A stretch of 64,000 bases of DNA, taken from contig NC_087255.1 in NCBI RefSeq assembly GCF_037042905.1, forward strand, positions 12,028,001 through 12,092,000, in the 5' to 3' direction. The position numbers and the translations under genes were made by a program. The stretch is from Lytechinus pictus (lineage: Eukaryota). The notes beneath the pieces were generated by a model, which saw only the letters and a program-made list of their open reading frames with translations, had not been told where the DNA came from and ran no database searches. Shown here piece by piece: positions 10,923-24,752 of the stretch; positions within the stretch are counted from its first letter, which is position 1; the number at the start of each line of letters is the position of its first letter.

Positions 10923-11846
10923 CTGGAGTCAGCCACCCTTGGTAAGAGGGAAATGACGAGTAAAATACATAATGATGAAAGCCACACTCTAAAAATGCAC
11001 CTACATGTACTAACAGCTCATGTCCTTAGGACTTGTTGGAAATACATATCCACATCAGACTCTAAAAAGGTTTCTAGTGTACTTCAAAGGTCGACCCAGC
11101 TTTCAGAAAACGAATAGAAGATACCAACTTTTATGTCTTGCATTTGACTAAATTTTGATTTATAATTTCTCTTCTTTCCTTATTGTTATTTTGACTTTGT
11201 TTTATCTACTGATTTATAAAAGGAGCTGAAACATTTGACGTTCAGCTTCCTGGCTTTATCATATAAAATATTTCGATTTGTTCAAATCAGTCTTGGCTAT
11301 GTAAACTAAGATTCAGCATCATTTTAAAATTAGTAGGAGAATGCAAGTACTGTCTCGATGCTGATTGGTCAAGTCAGGTCATGTGAACAGGCATTTATCC
11401 TCCCTCGAGATTAACTCTGGTGATGAATGTAAAGTTCTTTTGAAATGATTTGGTTAGTTGATGGATACTTTACAATGATATCAACCAATCATAAAAAAGT
11501 AAATATTGTTGAAATATTGCAGAAGTAAGATGTTTTCTTTTTGCTCCTCTATTTATTTCTTCTATTTCTAGTTATGGGAGATTATTTTCTTTTAAAGTTT
11601 TGACCTTTTGTCATCAGTTTTCTCAGGTGTGACTTAGCAAGTATTCCCCTTTTCAGAAACCAGCTTGTTTCTTTAGATTTAGTGGTAATAATGATTGAAT
11701 ATGATAATCACATTCTTTATCTTATATTTTATATCCACTCTTTATCTCAACTTGTATTCCATTCTTTATCTGACCTTTTATTCAATTTTTTCACTGTTTT
11801 ACAATCTATCTCTGAAGGAAAGTTCCCTAAACTGAGTTGACACCTG

Positions 11847-12005
11847 GTGGGTGTTTCATAAAGCTGTTCGTAAGTTAAGAGCAACTTTAAGAACGACTGG
11901 TGATCCTTTCTTGTGGTAATTGGCGATGGCTTAGCGCGTAAGAAAGGATCACCAGTCGTTCTTTAAGTCGCTCTTAACTTGCGAACAGCTTTATGAAACG
12001 GCCTC
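11847..12005. mobile_element. Near-fully palindromic (fold-back) CWG-flanked MITE
   Basis: Arms of about 65 bp: GTTTCATAAAGCTGTTCG...GGTGATCCTTTCTT / AAGAAAGGATCACC...CGAACAGCTTTATGAAAC. Confidence 0.88.
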
Positions 12006-13272
12006 CAGGAAAAGAGATCTCAGCAACCTAATGTCCATTATAAAAAAAAAGTTATTGGTAATCTTCAAACATGTGCCCTGTCCATGATTAAATCAACACA
12101 TACCATATAGCATCGACAGGTGAGAAAGCCACATGGAAAAAGAAGCAGAAAAATGAAGGATAATGTTCCATTTTGATAAATAATTCATTGTCTTTCACGC
12201 AGGTGACAGAGTCGATATCTAATTGTGATCATTTATCCCCTCTGCAGAAAGTGAACTTAAGCAAACCTATCCATACTGTATTAACAGGTGATGGTTTTTA
12301 CATCAAAGTGAATATTAAGAGTGAACCTTGATGAACTTGTTAGTAGTCAATAACAGGTGAATAAAACTCTCTTTTTAGTTTGAAGAGGGATGGATGTTCT
12401 TAGTTTCTTTGACAAATGTGGGCATGAGTCATTCGGTTGGAATTAATTCTACTTGTGTCACCTGTAAGGTAGCCTGAGAATGTATAGCAGGAATCGATGA
12501 CTTTGTACAGCAACCTACTTTACAAGTCTGACTCATCAAGTTCAAAAACTTTTCTTTTCTCTGTATGTTTCTCACATGCCCCCCTCTCTCTCTCTGTGTG
12601 TCTTTCCATCTAGCTACCTATCTATATATATATATACTTTCATGATTGTGGTTGCGTCATTAGCTAGTGTTTATGACATAACAATGATGTCCTCACTTAC
12701 GCAATGATATCTACAACCTGCGCGCGCCTCAAGTATGCTTTCATTAAGATAGTGATGCTTTTTTAACCTGCATGTTTCTATGACTACCATAATCATGAAT
12801 GCATCTATTATTTCCATATCTTGTCACTGTGAGCTTTATTGTATCCCTGAAGAAGACGTGGGATTTACGTCAAAAATTTGGACTTGGAAATAAACTCTGT
12901 TGGAACTAGTATAATGCATTACCTCTTTGCCTCTTTTATATATATAATATGTAATATATATATTTTAAAAGAAAACAGAGCATAGCTCTAAAAAATCAGA
13001 GGCAAAGTATCACTGACAAAAATGTCAACTTTGTCTTTCATTTGAGCTGAGCTCAGTTTTCTTTAAAAATCTATGACTTTGATTTGTTTACGGCACTCTT
13101 CTACCACTCGTGTGTATAATATTAACTTGATTTTATATAGCTTATCTAGATTCTTGTATTCTTTAGTTGCCAAGCAACTTGAATTGTATTTTTATAATAT
13201 AAAGCTGTCTCCCATGCCCCAGTGTGTCCTGCTCCTTATACTTTACTGTAAAGTTGACTTCTTCCTTTATAT

Positions 13273-13734
13273 GTGACCTGCCACCTCAAAACCAACAATT
13301 AGTCGACCAAAAGGAATATTGAGATTTTTATTGAGCTTGAAAATTCATGTCCTAAGCTTTAAAATGATATATAATATGTTAAAATTGACCAACAGTAACC
13401 ATTACAAGTACTTGATTGAATACAGAGGAAATTCAGCAAGACCTTAAAAAATAAGGAAGAAACAAAGTTTGAAGTTTAGGGTTCACTCAAGCATGAGATG
13501 TGCATAAATCTCAGTGAAACTTCCAATCAGTCTGAAAAAAAATAGTGTCCAAGAAACTCTTGTATCTTTTCTTTTATTCAACTTCATGACTTCAAATTTT
13601 CACAGTATGAAGAAGAATAATTGCTCTTTCAGATAAGCTATTTTTTCAATTTTTGGTGTTTGGAGACTAAATTACTGCTATTCACAGAGAACCTTATCTG
13701 GCGACTTATTGGTGGTTTTGGGATGGTAGGTCAC
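13273..13734. mobile_element. MITE with ATAT flanks (possibly Sola-like)
   Basis: ATAT|GTGACCTGCCACCTCAAAACC ... GGTTTTGGGATGGTAGGTCAC|ATAT. Confidence 0.75.
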
Positions 13735-13925
13735 ATATTTTCAAGTAGCTTTTGTATTAGATGATACAAAAACTTTTAGTACTAATTTTAGTTACTAAAT
13801 TTAGTTGTGCATTGTGTTTGACAAAGTTCACTAAAGGTGAACAAGGAAGACCAATTATGTGCAGAAAATATGAGTTTTGGGCTTCGAAAGGCAAAGGAAC
13901 ACTCCATTTTCTTATCATGGATTAA

Positions 13926-14304
13926 AGTGATTGGTTAACATTGGTTTGACTTTTAAAAAATATGAGCTAGAAGGTCACACTTGTCACCTGTGTCTGTGAT
14001 ATGTTATAAAAATGAAGCCCAGAAAAAATTGCGTTCGAAAATAATTATTTAGTGCTTCAAAAATTGAAATATAAAGTGACCAAAAACACCATCTTAATTT
14101 CATCCCATACACTTACGTGTACTATTTAGGCGTCTATAAGACGCCTATTTACAAAATCTGGGTTTGCCTTGTAGTTTTAGCTTTTCATTCTCAATAATGG
14201 TTGTTTTCAGGGTTTATTAGTTCTAATACATGCACTTGTACACATGTTTCATCTTGGTTTGAGAATTTTTTAATTCGGATGCTCACAAAGTTAAAACAAT
14301 ACCT
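13926..14304. mobile_element. TTAA-flanked MITE with imperfect TIRs
   Basis: TTAA|AGTGATTGGTTAACATTG ... CAAAGTTAAAACAATACCT|TTAA. Confidence 0.65.
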
Positions 14305-14586
14305 TTAATGTCACTGCCAACCTTTTCATGCTAGGCCCCCTCCCCATTCACCTGTATAGGTTCACAAGTTTTTCAACAAATGCATTGTGTTTCATTCTTT
14401 TGACCAGACCATCTTTGGCCAAAATTTATTGTCATCGACCCTTTCAATGAAGGTGTAGTTCTTCTCATGAAGTCCCACATATTGGTTTTACTGGTAATGC
14501 TGTGTTACGCCAAGATGCACACGATAAATCAAAATGACATAGAAATGTACCCTTTAGGTAGAACTAACACACCTACTCTACCTCTG

Positions 14587-14990
14587 TGACTTGAGAAAGT
14601 TTTCTTTACATGTTTGCTTTCACCCTTTTCACATAGAAAAGAAAACCTGCTCTGCAGTTCAAATCCATTTATTCCACTTCTCAAGACATGTACTGTATGT
14701 AGTAAAAAAAACAAAAAAAACATTGCAAAACCAATTGTTGAAATTACACAGGATGGTGTTGAACAGGCACCAATGTGTTGAACTAACATGACTTGAAAAA
14801 GTTTTTTCTACATGTTGGCGCTCTTTCTTTTCACATAAAAAACAAAGAAAACCTGCTCTGCAGTCTAAACTCATTTATTTCACTTCTCAAGACATGTACT
14901 GCATATTAAAAACATTGCACAACTGTTGAAATAACTACACATGATGGTGTTGAACGAGCACTGATGTGTGTTGAATTAGCACCATGTGTT
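14587..14990. repeat. Two diverged ~202-bp tandem units within an AACAC-rich TE remnant
   Basis: TGACTTGA.AAAGTTTT..TACATGTT..AAAACCTGCTCTGCAGT..CACTTCTCAAGACATGTACTG occurs at 14587 and 14789. Confidence 0.8.
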
Positions 14991-17900
14991 TAACTCTGGT
15001 GTAATTGATGTGTCTGGTGTGGTCTTCTCTTAACACAGACCAGCGTGGTTTTAACACCAAACTTTATCAATACTTGAAAAAAATAATTTAAGCAATGTAC
15101 ATGCAATTTACTAATCATGAATTATAATCAAAATAAAATCACAAATATTCTTCGGCAACTTTGACAACCACCCTTTTTGCCATGTATTGTCTTCATGATA
15201 GGTAGTTAAGTAAAGGATGCTGTCTTTTATCAAAGGTTCAAAAGTTGATTGTGAAATGGTGGATTCTCATCGAGATCCAGAAAGAATAGCCAGGTGAGAT
15301 GATAGCAACACCTTCCCCGCTTCATTATATCACCTGTTCAAAGCCAGAAGGTAGTATGTTCTTTATTATTAAAGGTTAGGTTAAATGTCTTTCTGATTTT
15401 TAAAGATAAGATAACACCTGCATCGTCTCACCCTCGGGTGGAGCGAGGAATATCATTGTCACTTCCTTCGGCTCTTTGGTTGTATGCCCTTCGACAGCGG
15501 GACAGCATCTCAGGTAGGCTGGGCTTATTTCATCTTCCTTACTACCAGTCTTACCTCACCTGTTACCGTCGAGGGGACAAGGCCTGTCAGGACGGGAAGC
15601 TACCCGATGGTTCATGGCCTTCCAGTCTTTCCTTAACTATAATTGATGTTTTATTGAGTGAAACGCCACCTTCCCATCATGCCCCGTCTCCTACGCTCCC
15701 ACCGAACACCCTTCTCCCGCTCGCGATTTGCATCCCCCCTTGGTAACGGAGGTTTGTTGAATAATGGAGTGAGCGTGTTACCTGGATGCCAGGACCAGAA
15801 GCGACACACCTGCGGATGAGGTGTTTGCGTTTGGACTAATTCGTCTGCCCATTGGGTTTAGCCGATCATCAATCATCATTGCCTATTCCTTGTGTCATTG
15901 TGACGAAACCGGGCTCTCAGGTGTGAAAATAGGCCGTGGTTAATTGATGACTTTGGGCTGATGGGGGCCTCAAGACACCCCCTATGCTTGGCTTCCACTT
16001 CCTGGAGGTACACCAAGCATGTTCACACAGCCGTCATAAGACGTTGATGTTGGGTGATGTCTGTGTAAACATGTCTCTTTGCTTAGTAATACGCTACAAA
16101 ATTGGTGTATTGCATGCCATGTTATGAACAATCTTGTTCTGTTTTTTTGGCAGTTGGATGAAAGCAACATCTAGCTTTCATCAAAAACAGAATTGATTTC
16201 ATACATTCATATCATAACATGTAATGATAAATAAAAATAAATGAATTCATTGAATAATGTCAAACATGAGTGAATAAAATATAATTCTTGATGACAGATA
16301 TGAAGTATGAATGCAAGGTTTACTGACAGAGAGTGATCAGAGGTAATTAACCCATTGCCTACTGGATACGGGTGGCACCTGTATAAAGTGAATGGGTTAT
16401 TACAGAATTCAGTAGTCAACGGGTAAAATGACATCAAAGAGAAGATCATGAAACTATCCAATGGAAGCATGCTGTAATTATCTGGAAATGATGGAAAGAA
16501 AAGAGTTAAGAAAATGATTTCATGTCACTTAATGTTTATTAATTATCTGTTCAGAGCCTAAGAGCGGAACATTATTTTGTTATCCTACCCTAGAAATCTT
16601 AGGAAAAATATAATTTAAGATGTATGATGAAGGAATCAAACTGTGCGAAGAATGGCAATGATTGACACGTCAAATGAGTTCATTGAATCAATGGCGAAAT
16701 GTCATGAGTCATGGACCTGTTTCTAAGAAATAATGACATGCAGTGATCATCTTCATCTTTCATGTCAGTCATCAACCATCGGAGATACTGCATGGGGGAG
16801 ATTCCGATTCCCGGCTCCTGTGGCCCTTACATCTTTGATTAAATCCAGTGCGGTAATGCAATCAGACATCACTGGTTCTTTTCCACAGGTGTTTATCGCT
16901 CCAGATCATGCTATCCCCTCGCTGTTTATTAAGACGGGTCTTTGTTTTATTCATGGGGTAAACCGGCACCTACACAACTTCTCCTTTATCTCCCGTGCCT
17001 TCTCTCCTCAAGATTTCATTTCAACTCTGCTCTCTGTCTCTCTTTTCTCTCTCTTTCTTCCCCTCCTCCTCTGTCTCATTCCTATTCTCTCTTTCTGGCC
17101 CTTACTTCCCCCTGTATCTCTGTCTCTCTCCATTTGTATTCCTGACTGGTCCTGCCCCTTGTTTCTTTTACTTCACCTCTCCCAAGTTCTTCCTCCCATA
17201 CACACTTTGTTAAACACAGCTTTTACATTTTTCTCTGTGTGTTTTTTCTCTTTCTCTGTCTCTCACTCTATCTATCTCTCTTTGTTTTCTCTCTGTGTCT
17301 TTGATTAATTTTTCTGCCTTTTCTACAATTTTTCTCCCCCTCCCTCTCTAAATTCACATTAAAAATACGCATTTTTAGTTTTGCTGATCACGATTGTCTT
17401 TTCATTTGTATCATCTACTATACCTTTGTATGTATGATCCATCCTTGGCACAACTTGATTAACCTCAATTTATTCCACTGTAATTACTCTAAACATCTTG
17501 TTTACCTCTCTTTCTCTATCTGTCTATCATTGCCTCTCTCGAAATCGTTTAGCCCGTTTCTATGCTCACATTACCCTATACATCAAGATAAACTCCCACG
17601 GGATGCCTATAGCCCGGATGATCTCCTACGGGGGAAACATGCTATGAAATTACTTTAGGAAACACAATAGATCCACTTATGTCTCTTGTTTGCTTCAATA
17701 TCCTCGCCCGCTTTGTGTGTGATGGGACAAGACTTTATGAAACAGTGGGGGTGTTTGTCACATTTTATAAAAATAAAAGGACAATTACAAGAATTGGTAA
17801 GGTTTGAAACCTGGGGGCCGGTATCTCAAATGTGCTGATACAAAAATAGTTATTTCTGAGAATTCCCACGGATTATACTTAACATTTGCAGACTTGTTGA

Positions 17901-18021
17901 TAGATAAAACAACAGGCATTGAATGATAAACGAGACACAAGCTACCTGTCATTGATTAGAGGGCTAAGGCTTGGTTTGGGTCATTTAACTATTTTAGATT
18001 TTATCCAGCTTTACATAGAGG

Positions 18022-18447
18022 CTAAAACTAGTTTACTGGAAACTAGTTTAACACGTAGTGAGAACGGTCGAAGCGGTCTTGGAAGCGATCTTCCAAACCA
18101 GTTTGGAAAACCACCGCGCGATGTAGTTTTCAAGATCGCTTTGCCTCGTTAAACTGGTTTTAGCGTAAGTGAGGACACAACCGTTCTTCGGAAGCGATCT
18201 TCGCACATTTTGAGCGCGCTACTCCACATGACAGGTGTAGAATGCCTATGCTGCGGTTTCGAATTTCGCGCGAAACCTATCACCTACTGAGAGCGTTTCC
18301 ATAGCAACAAGAGCGCTTTACGTGAAGTGATTTTGAAAACCACTTTCGTGTGATCAAGTGGGAACGCTAGCAAAGCGATCTTTCAAAGTGGTTTCCTGAA
18401 TCGGTTTCCAGTAAACTAGTTTTAGAAAGCATAATGAGAACGGCCTC
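18022..18447 (-). mobile_element. MITE of the AAAACTAGTTTACTGG family, copy 2 (inverted)
   Basis: Reverse complement of 3756-4202; ends TGAGAACGGCCTC. Confidence 0.85.
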
Positions 18448-19593
18448 ATAGTTGAAAGCATTTGTCTGCAGGCACATGAGCAACCTAAAGATTCTGAGCC
18501 TATATCTTTTATTACTTATTGTTTTGTAGGGGACTGATGAATGCCTTGATAATACAGATTAGTCTGCTCCTTCTATTAGGCGAATAATTACAACCAATCT
18601 TTTTAAAACAGATTCTACAAAGCATGTGTTATTGACCTCTTTTATGTCATATTTGCATAAATCCAAGAGATTTGACTTTAGTAGAATCACTCATTTACCA
18701 ATACTTGAGTTAGTTTTGAACCAGGAACCTTACTTGGTAGAAGCATGACTGCGCCACTGAGAAGGATTTTGTTGGTTCTTGTCAAGCTTGACAGGTAAGA
18801 TCATGTATGGGTCTCATAGTAATGAGGAAAATGGAAAAGCTGAGAGGCATACAGGTATTTTAGATAAAGATGGTTGGAGTTAAAGATTTCTTTACAATAC
18901 AAGAGATGAGAAAGGAAATGAAAGGGATGAAAGAGATAGGAAAGGAGGAGGAGAGAGTGAGAGTGGAATTATAGACAGATATACAGAAATAAAGAGGAAA
19001 TTCAGAAGTTTTGCAAAATAGTGAAAGGAGAAAGTGACAGAAAGAGACAGTGGTTTGAGTAGTTCGGGCAACAGAGGGGGGGGGGGTTGGGAGGTAGACC
19101 AATCAATGCCAAGTCTGTACTTTAACGCGGAGATGTTTGTAATCTTTATTTACCTTATAGCTTTGTAAGGCAATCTTTAAAGGTTCCTGAGAGCGTCGTT
19201 GAGAGGGAACCTTTGTTAGGTTACAACCTCCTGAGGGCAGGAACATGCAGGAACATTTATGACGGTCCAAGTAGCCCCCAGGTGGTGGAAAGAGAGTATG
19301 GATGACCCTTGTGTTACCCAGAATGCCTTGCAGGAGTCAACGGCTCCCTGATCGATGATGGACTACCTGACATTTGGTGAAGTAAATCATTGGAATCCCT
19401 TAAGAATCTCACCTCTACGTGGTTGTAATCAGTGAAGGCAGAGGTTGAGGACCTCATTGTTTAAATCATCGTCTGCTGGAACCGGGGGCTTATCCTCCGA
19501 CTGTTAACTATTAAGATGTGCATTTCCAAAGATTTCCTACCAGTGAAAATCCGAACTGTAGATTAAAGAATGGTAACGCATTATGTACTACTA

Positions 19594-19787
19594 GGACAAA
19601 TATGCTCTTCGGCTAGTTGCTCTGAAGATATAAGGGGAGATTTAGAGTTTGGTTTTTGGTTAAGAAACATGAGAAGATTAGGATTTAGGACATTAGGTTG
19701 AGGTATGGTTGAAAAACAATTGTATGTTTGGCTTAATGCATTTTCACTAGAAGCAATAATTTTTGCAGGAGCAAATGTCATGGAACC
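19594..19787. mobile_element. Degenerate DNA-transposon remnant (GACATTTGCTCC family)
   Basis: Ends GCAGGAGCAAATGTCATGGAACC; TTAGG/GGTT-rich interior like 216-332. Confidence 0.5.
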
Positions 19788-20206
19788 CATGCAAAGAACA
19801 AAACTAATGATGAAATTGATTGGTGGAAAACCAATGCCAGACATAAAATTCCAAAATTTAAGGCAAGACCACTTTTCTGTAGGGCACATATCTATATTAC
19901 AGCACAAATAGACAAAATATAATAAAAGGCACTAATAAATCTAAACCCAGTCAATAGGAAATCCGAAGCTATGGCCTTGGTGGCTTTGGGTAAATTTATG
20001 CATCAAAATGAAATTTTATTATTCATGAGGCATTATGATTTTAATTTTTTTTATTTTGATAAAATGAGAGTCAAGATTCTTCTTTACATCAACTGTGGGA
20101 GGGGGAGGACGGTAAATATATCATTCACCTGTACATGTACAGCAATTTCTTTAGATTTTGGGTCTCTCTTGAAGGTAAGGGATGACCTTCTCCCATGGGC
20201 AACTGA

Positions 20207-20366
20207 ACAGAATTTGAAATTTGAGGCAGGGGGGGGGGCATGTACCCCTTCCCCCAGGATCGCCATCCATGCCTGTTCTATAGGCTGCTGTACAGAATTT
20301 GAAATTTGAGGCGGGGGTGGGGGGGGGGGGCATGCATCCCATTTCCCCTGGATCGTTGCCCATGCC
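20207..20366. repeat. Duplicated ~85-bp hAT-MITE-like end
   Basis: ACAGAATTTGAAATTTGAGGC(G)nCATG...GGATCG...CCATGCCT occurs twice in tandem. Confidence 0.65.
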
Positions 20367-22228
20367 TCTTTTTATTCCAGGTTAAGCATGTGTCAATGGG
20401 TTAACATTATATAGCTTGAGCTGCAGATTTAAGATCTAAGAAGTGTGTGTTGAATGAACAATTAGCACGAATGCTGTCTGTACGTGTCAAGAGCTCATCT
20501 CTCTTTGTTTCACAATGATTTGCTTATGGTCTGAATTTTTGTTGCTTATAACACCTCCACTTGCCAGCCAATATTGGGCTATGGTATTTCTATTCTTCAA
20601 AATCTGATCTGATTGTTGACCCCATTAGGAACACCCTTTGCATTTTTGATGAGTGTTGACCTGAATAGCATGAGGTTTAGGCACCCGTTCCATTTCATTT
20701 TTCAGTTCTACTTAGTGCCGTAGATGAATAATTGAGGTTGGAGTTTCCCCTTCATTGTCGTGCAATTCAAATTTCTTTTTTAGGCTCTTTACATTTTGAC
20801 AGACGCATTGCATTTCATTTCATATCTATTTCCGCCAAATAACTACAGAGTTTTCACATTTGAAAATCGTTATGAGAAACATGATTAAAAAATAGAAATA
20901 TACCAAGTTAATACACATATTAAAGTAGTTGAATGATATGAATAATCATGTGAAGGTATTAACTGTATTATGCATGAATGTGTGTGAAGGCTAGCTCGGT
21001 AGGGAAGTGACCTCATAATCGGATGACCCAGGTTGAATATCAAGAATTTTTTTTTTTTACATCAAATCCCTTATTTCCACAATATAAAATATAAATATAA
21101 TTATAATAGAGGGTATTCAATACAATTATGAATAAACAGAATATAAATATCACATCAATTTAGCTAATGTAGGCCCTTTGGCAAGAAAGTTATTACATAA
21201 AAAGGGATTAAAGTGATTGTTTACAAATATTCTAGTCATGTTACTTATATCTGCCTTATCAGTCAAGGTAAAGCAATGTTAAATCATAAACTGCATTATT
21301 AAGGAGTTCATATCTACCCCTGATAAGAGACCACTGCGATGCACACTGCTCATTTGCAATCTTAATATTTTACCTCATCTGATGATAAATTGTTGTATAC
21401 AAATAAACACACATATTTCTGAAATCCTTTATGGAAAGCAAAAGCAATATTTGGAGTTTTGTTGATGTGCTATATTGTATTTGTTCAAAAGAAATCTTGA
21501 ATATTAAGCTGAAGCAACTGCATTGAAAAACGATTAGAACACTTGACTATTTACTGTGAGGAACACACATCATTAGTGTTAAAAACTAAAGCATAGTGTG
21601 AAATAACACCATATAGTATTAAGATAAGAAGAGAATCTGTTTTAACAACACCAATGGGTGTTGAACAAACACCAATGGATCTTGGACAAGCACCCTTTAT
21701 TTAACACTGGTGTAAAATTGTTGGTGTTGTCCTTTCTAAACACAAGTGATAAAGTTTATGTATCGCTCTGTGTGTTCATATCTTAATGGTATGATTTTCA
21801 TTACTTTTCTTGTTGTTTTTTCACCATAATCTTTCTTTCTTATTGTAATAGATATTCTTTCCCAAAATTGAACAAATAAACTTGTTTATTCATACATTTC
21901 TTGTTATCATGGCATTTCACCTCTTGAAATTATTTCCTGTCATAAGTGTGTTTGTATTTATCAGGGTTTTGGTGACATAAGAAGGGAAAAAAGGAGAACA
22001 TTGAAGATTCAAATCACAACATCAGACTGTTATTTAAGGGTATGCCTATCTTTAATGTCTAATCCCAGACAAACATGAACATTCATGTCACGTTGTGTAA
22101 TTGTTATCAGTACAAGGCTTGTATTTAATGATGGCTTGAAGACGAGACATGGAAGGGGATCTCCTTCACTCAACACCCCTCCTCCCTAGAGACAGCCATA
22201 AGGATTAAGGCCCGTCTTACTCACCCTC

Positions 22229-22695
22229 CCACACACACACACACCCACACCCTCTCCAGTGCACACTCCCACACACACACTTCCTATACTAATGTGAAAA
22301 CGGTCCCTAACACAAGCACTCACATACACACACACACACACTCGGCATTCTCATTAATCCTTGCAAGACCTGTCTTGCCCCCATACACACCCACATAAAC
22401 TCGCCTGTACGTACTCACCCACACCGCCTACAAACACCATCACACACTTCCCCACACGCACCCACACACACATGGTATCATCAATGTATGCACGACATGC
22501 ATATACGTCTTACCCTCACACACCCCCACCCACAAAAGTCTGCCCTACACACACCCACACACCTTTCCATACATACATACACCCACACACACACAACCCA
22601 CATTCACAAAGCATCCTCCCTAAGTGTACGCAAGACCTGCCTTACCTTCATACACCACATACACACTCCTCTAGCACACACACCCACACACACAG
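22229..22695. repeat. Degenerate (CA)n microsatellite region
   Basis: Multiple CACACA runs. Confidence 0.9.
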
Positions 22696-24071
22696 GGCAT
22701 CCTCACTACTCTGTGTATGCAGGAAGTGCATAGAAAAGGTCAAGAGTAAAGGAGTGCGTGGGGACCAGTGGTAAGAGATTGCCTAGGGGGTGCATCTCCT
22801 AGACATGGGGGATAGACAGACATAGGTAATAAATGGAGATAACCTTAATTTGGTGTGTCATATTTTAAAGGGTGAGGTCAGCTTTTAACAATCACCTTAT
22901 CCCACCTGTTGATATATTTGGACATGTTCGGAGATGTGTTTTATGTAACTCAAGTGAAAATTAAATCAGATATAGAAATGAGTTTATTGTCATTCTCAGT
23001 TGTTGCTTCATGTGTCTACAGCACGGCGTATTCTCCACCATTGTCGGTTATTTTAACCTGATTGAAAAATACCTAAAATTCAGATGAATAATTTCGATAC
23101 TGCATTAGCTATGATAAACACTGCGGTATACGTAAATTCAGTTTATTGTTATGGCATATTGACTTATTCTGACAATGACTCAACAACTAAATGACTCAAC
23201 AAATGCTAGGAATGAAATATCAATATGCCGTATTGAATCACAGCTAGAGAGAGGTCAATGACCAGCTGATTGTTTACAGCACAATGCTGATACTAATCCC
23301 CCCAGATTAGTAATCCCACCTACTCTTAATTCCTCCTACATCCACGTTTATTCATACTCTTGTATTCATTTCACCTGTTCCGGCTTCTTTCCTTCTTTCA
23401 AAATGATAATAGGAACCTTCTAATATGGCCAATATATCACTAATTGAGTAGGATGATGCGGTTTTAAGGAGGAACTAGACAGCATTTTTAATATCTTTAT
23501 TTTCATCCTCTGGCATTACCAATGCATATAATTCCTGCAGTAAGTTAGATTAGTGTTGTCATAGATCATAAATACTGTATAATCAGTGTATTTGTGTGTT
23601 TTTCCCCCATATTATTATCTTTGTTACTTTACGTTTCTTGTGTTGTGTAATCATATTCACAAACTAAAAATATGTAAGTAATTTCCAACATGTATGTAAA
23701 AGATGGGATACTACACAAGATATGTGACAACATGCTAAACAGTGTATTTGAAGTTCATTACAGTGATGTTGTTGAAAGAAAAAAAAATCATTCGGAAAGT
23801 CTTCTAAAAACTGCATGAATACAGGCCAACATAAATGAATAAGGATCATAACATTATAAGGTACAATTAATATTGAATTGCAAAGTGAGAGGAAAGAAAA
23901 CTAAATATCTGATGATTATACAAATATACAAGCAATATTAAGTTATTTGTGAAAATATATAAATATTGGATCCTGCAAATCAGTCAATGATGTAAAAGTG
24001 AATGCTGCATGTTATCTCTCTTTTGTCTGAGGTAACCTGTGAAATTTATTTTGTCTTGTTTTTATTTGTAG

Positions 24072-24105
24072 GCATATAGTAATCTTAACCTCAAATTCGG
24101 CACAG
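24072..24105 (+). CDS. Candidate 34-nt internal micro-exon of an unidentified host gene
   Basis: Acceptor TTTATTTTGTCTTGTTTTTATTTGTAG| and donor CAG|GTATGA. Two frames are open (AYSNLNLKFGT or HIVILTSNSAQ). No homology recognised. Confidence 0.4.
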
Positions 24106-24752
24106 GTATGAGTGGAGTGAATGTCAAATTCAAAATTTGTTTTGTCCTTGTGAAGACCTATTGATGATGTTCAAATTGTGATCAATCATTTGTGTACATA
24201 TGAAAGGGCATGCGTAATTCCTCCAAGTCTTCTCTCGCAGTTCTTTTATTCAACAATTCAGTGAATTACTCATCCCAACATGATCAGTATTATGTGTGCT
24301 TGATTTGGTCCTGTGCTTTCTTAACAGAATGAATTAGTCTCTTGAGTTGACTTGAGCATTTATTTCGGGCGCGGTGATGGCGGTATGTGGATGGAAATAG
24401 CTCTTAGTCCGATTTGATTTTGCCCCCGGGCCGAGATTTGTTTAGGGTACAGTGAACAGTGACATGGGTTCTACTTGACCTTGAAAAGACAGGAAAAAAA
24501 AGAAAGGTTAGAAGAAATCTATAAATGAAAGGTTGAAACAAAGAAATGATATGTGTAGAGTTGACGTTTGTTCATTTGTTTGTTGAGTTTTGGAATATTA
24601 ATATTAGCAACAAGTCTGATACCAATAAGATAAAAATAAATACAAAGATTTATTAAAGCTGTAGTTCTAAATTACAAAAAGAAAACATTTAAAATTGATG
24701 AAACAACATAAATTGTTGCATTATTTGAAGCAAACAAAGAGAACATAAATTG

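Noticed and set aside
16733-17308. 191-aa ORF and similar Leu/Ser/Phe-rich ORFs (e.g. 51164, 59043, 60628)
   Set aside because: They run through CT-rich low-complexity DNA that lacks stop codons by composition.
22361-22774. His/Thr-rich ORFs
   Set aside because: Translation of (CA)n repeats.
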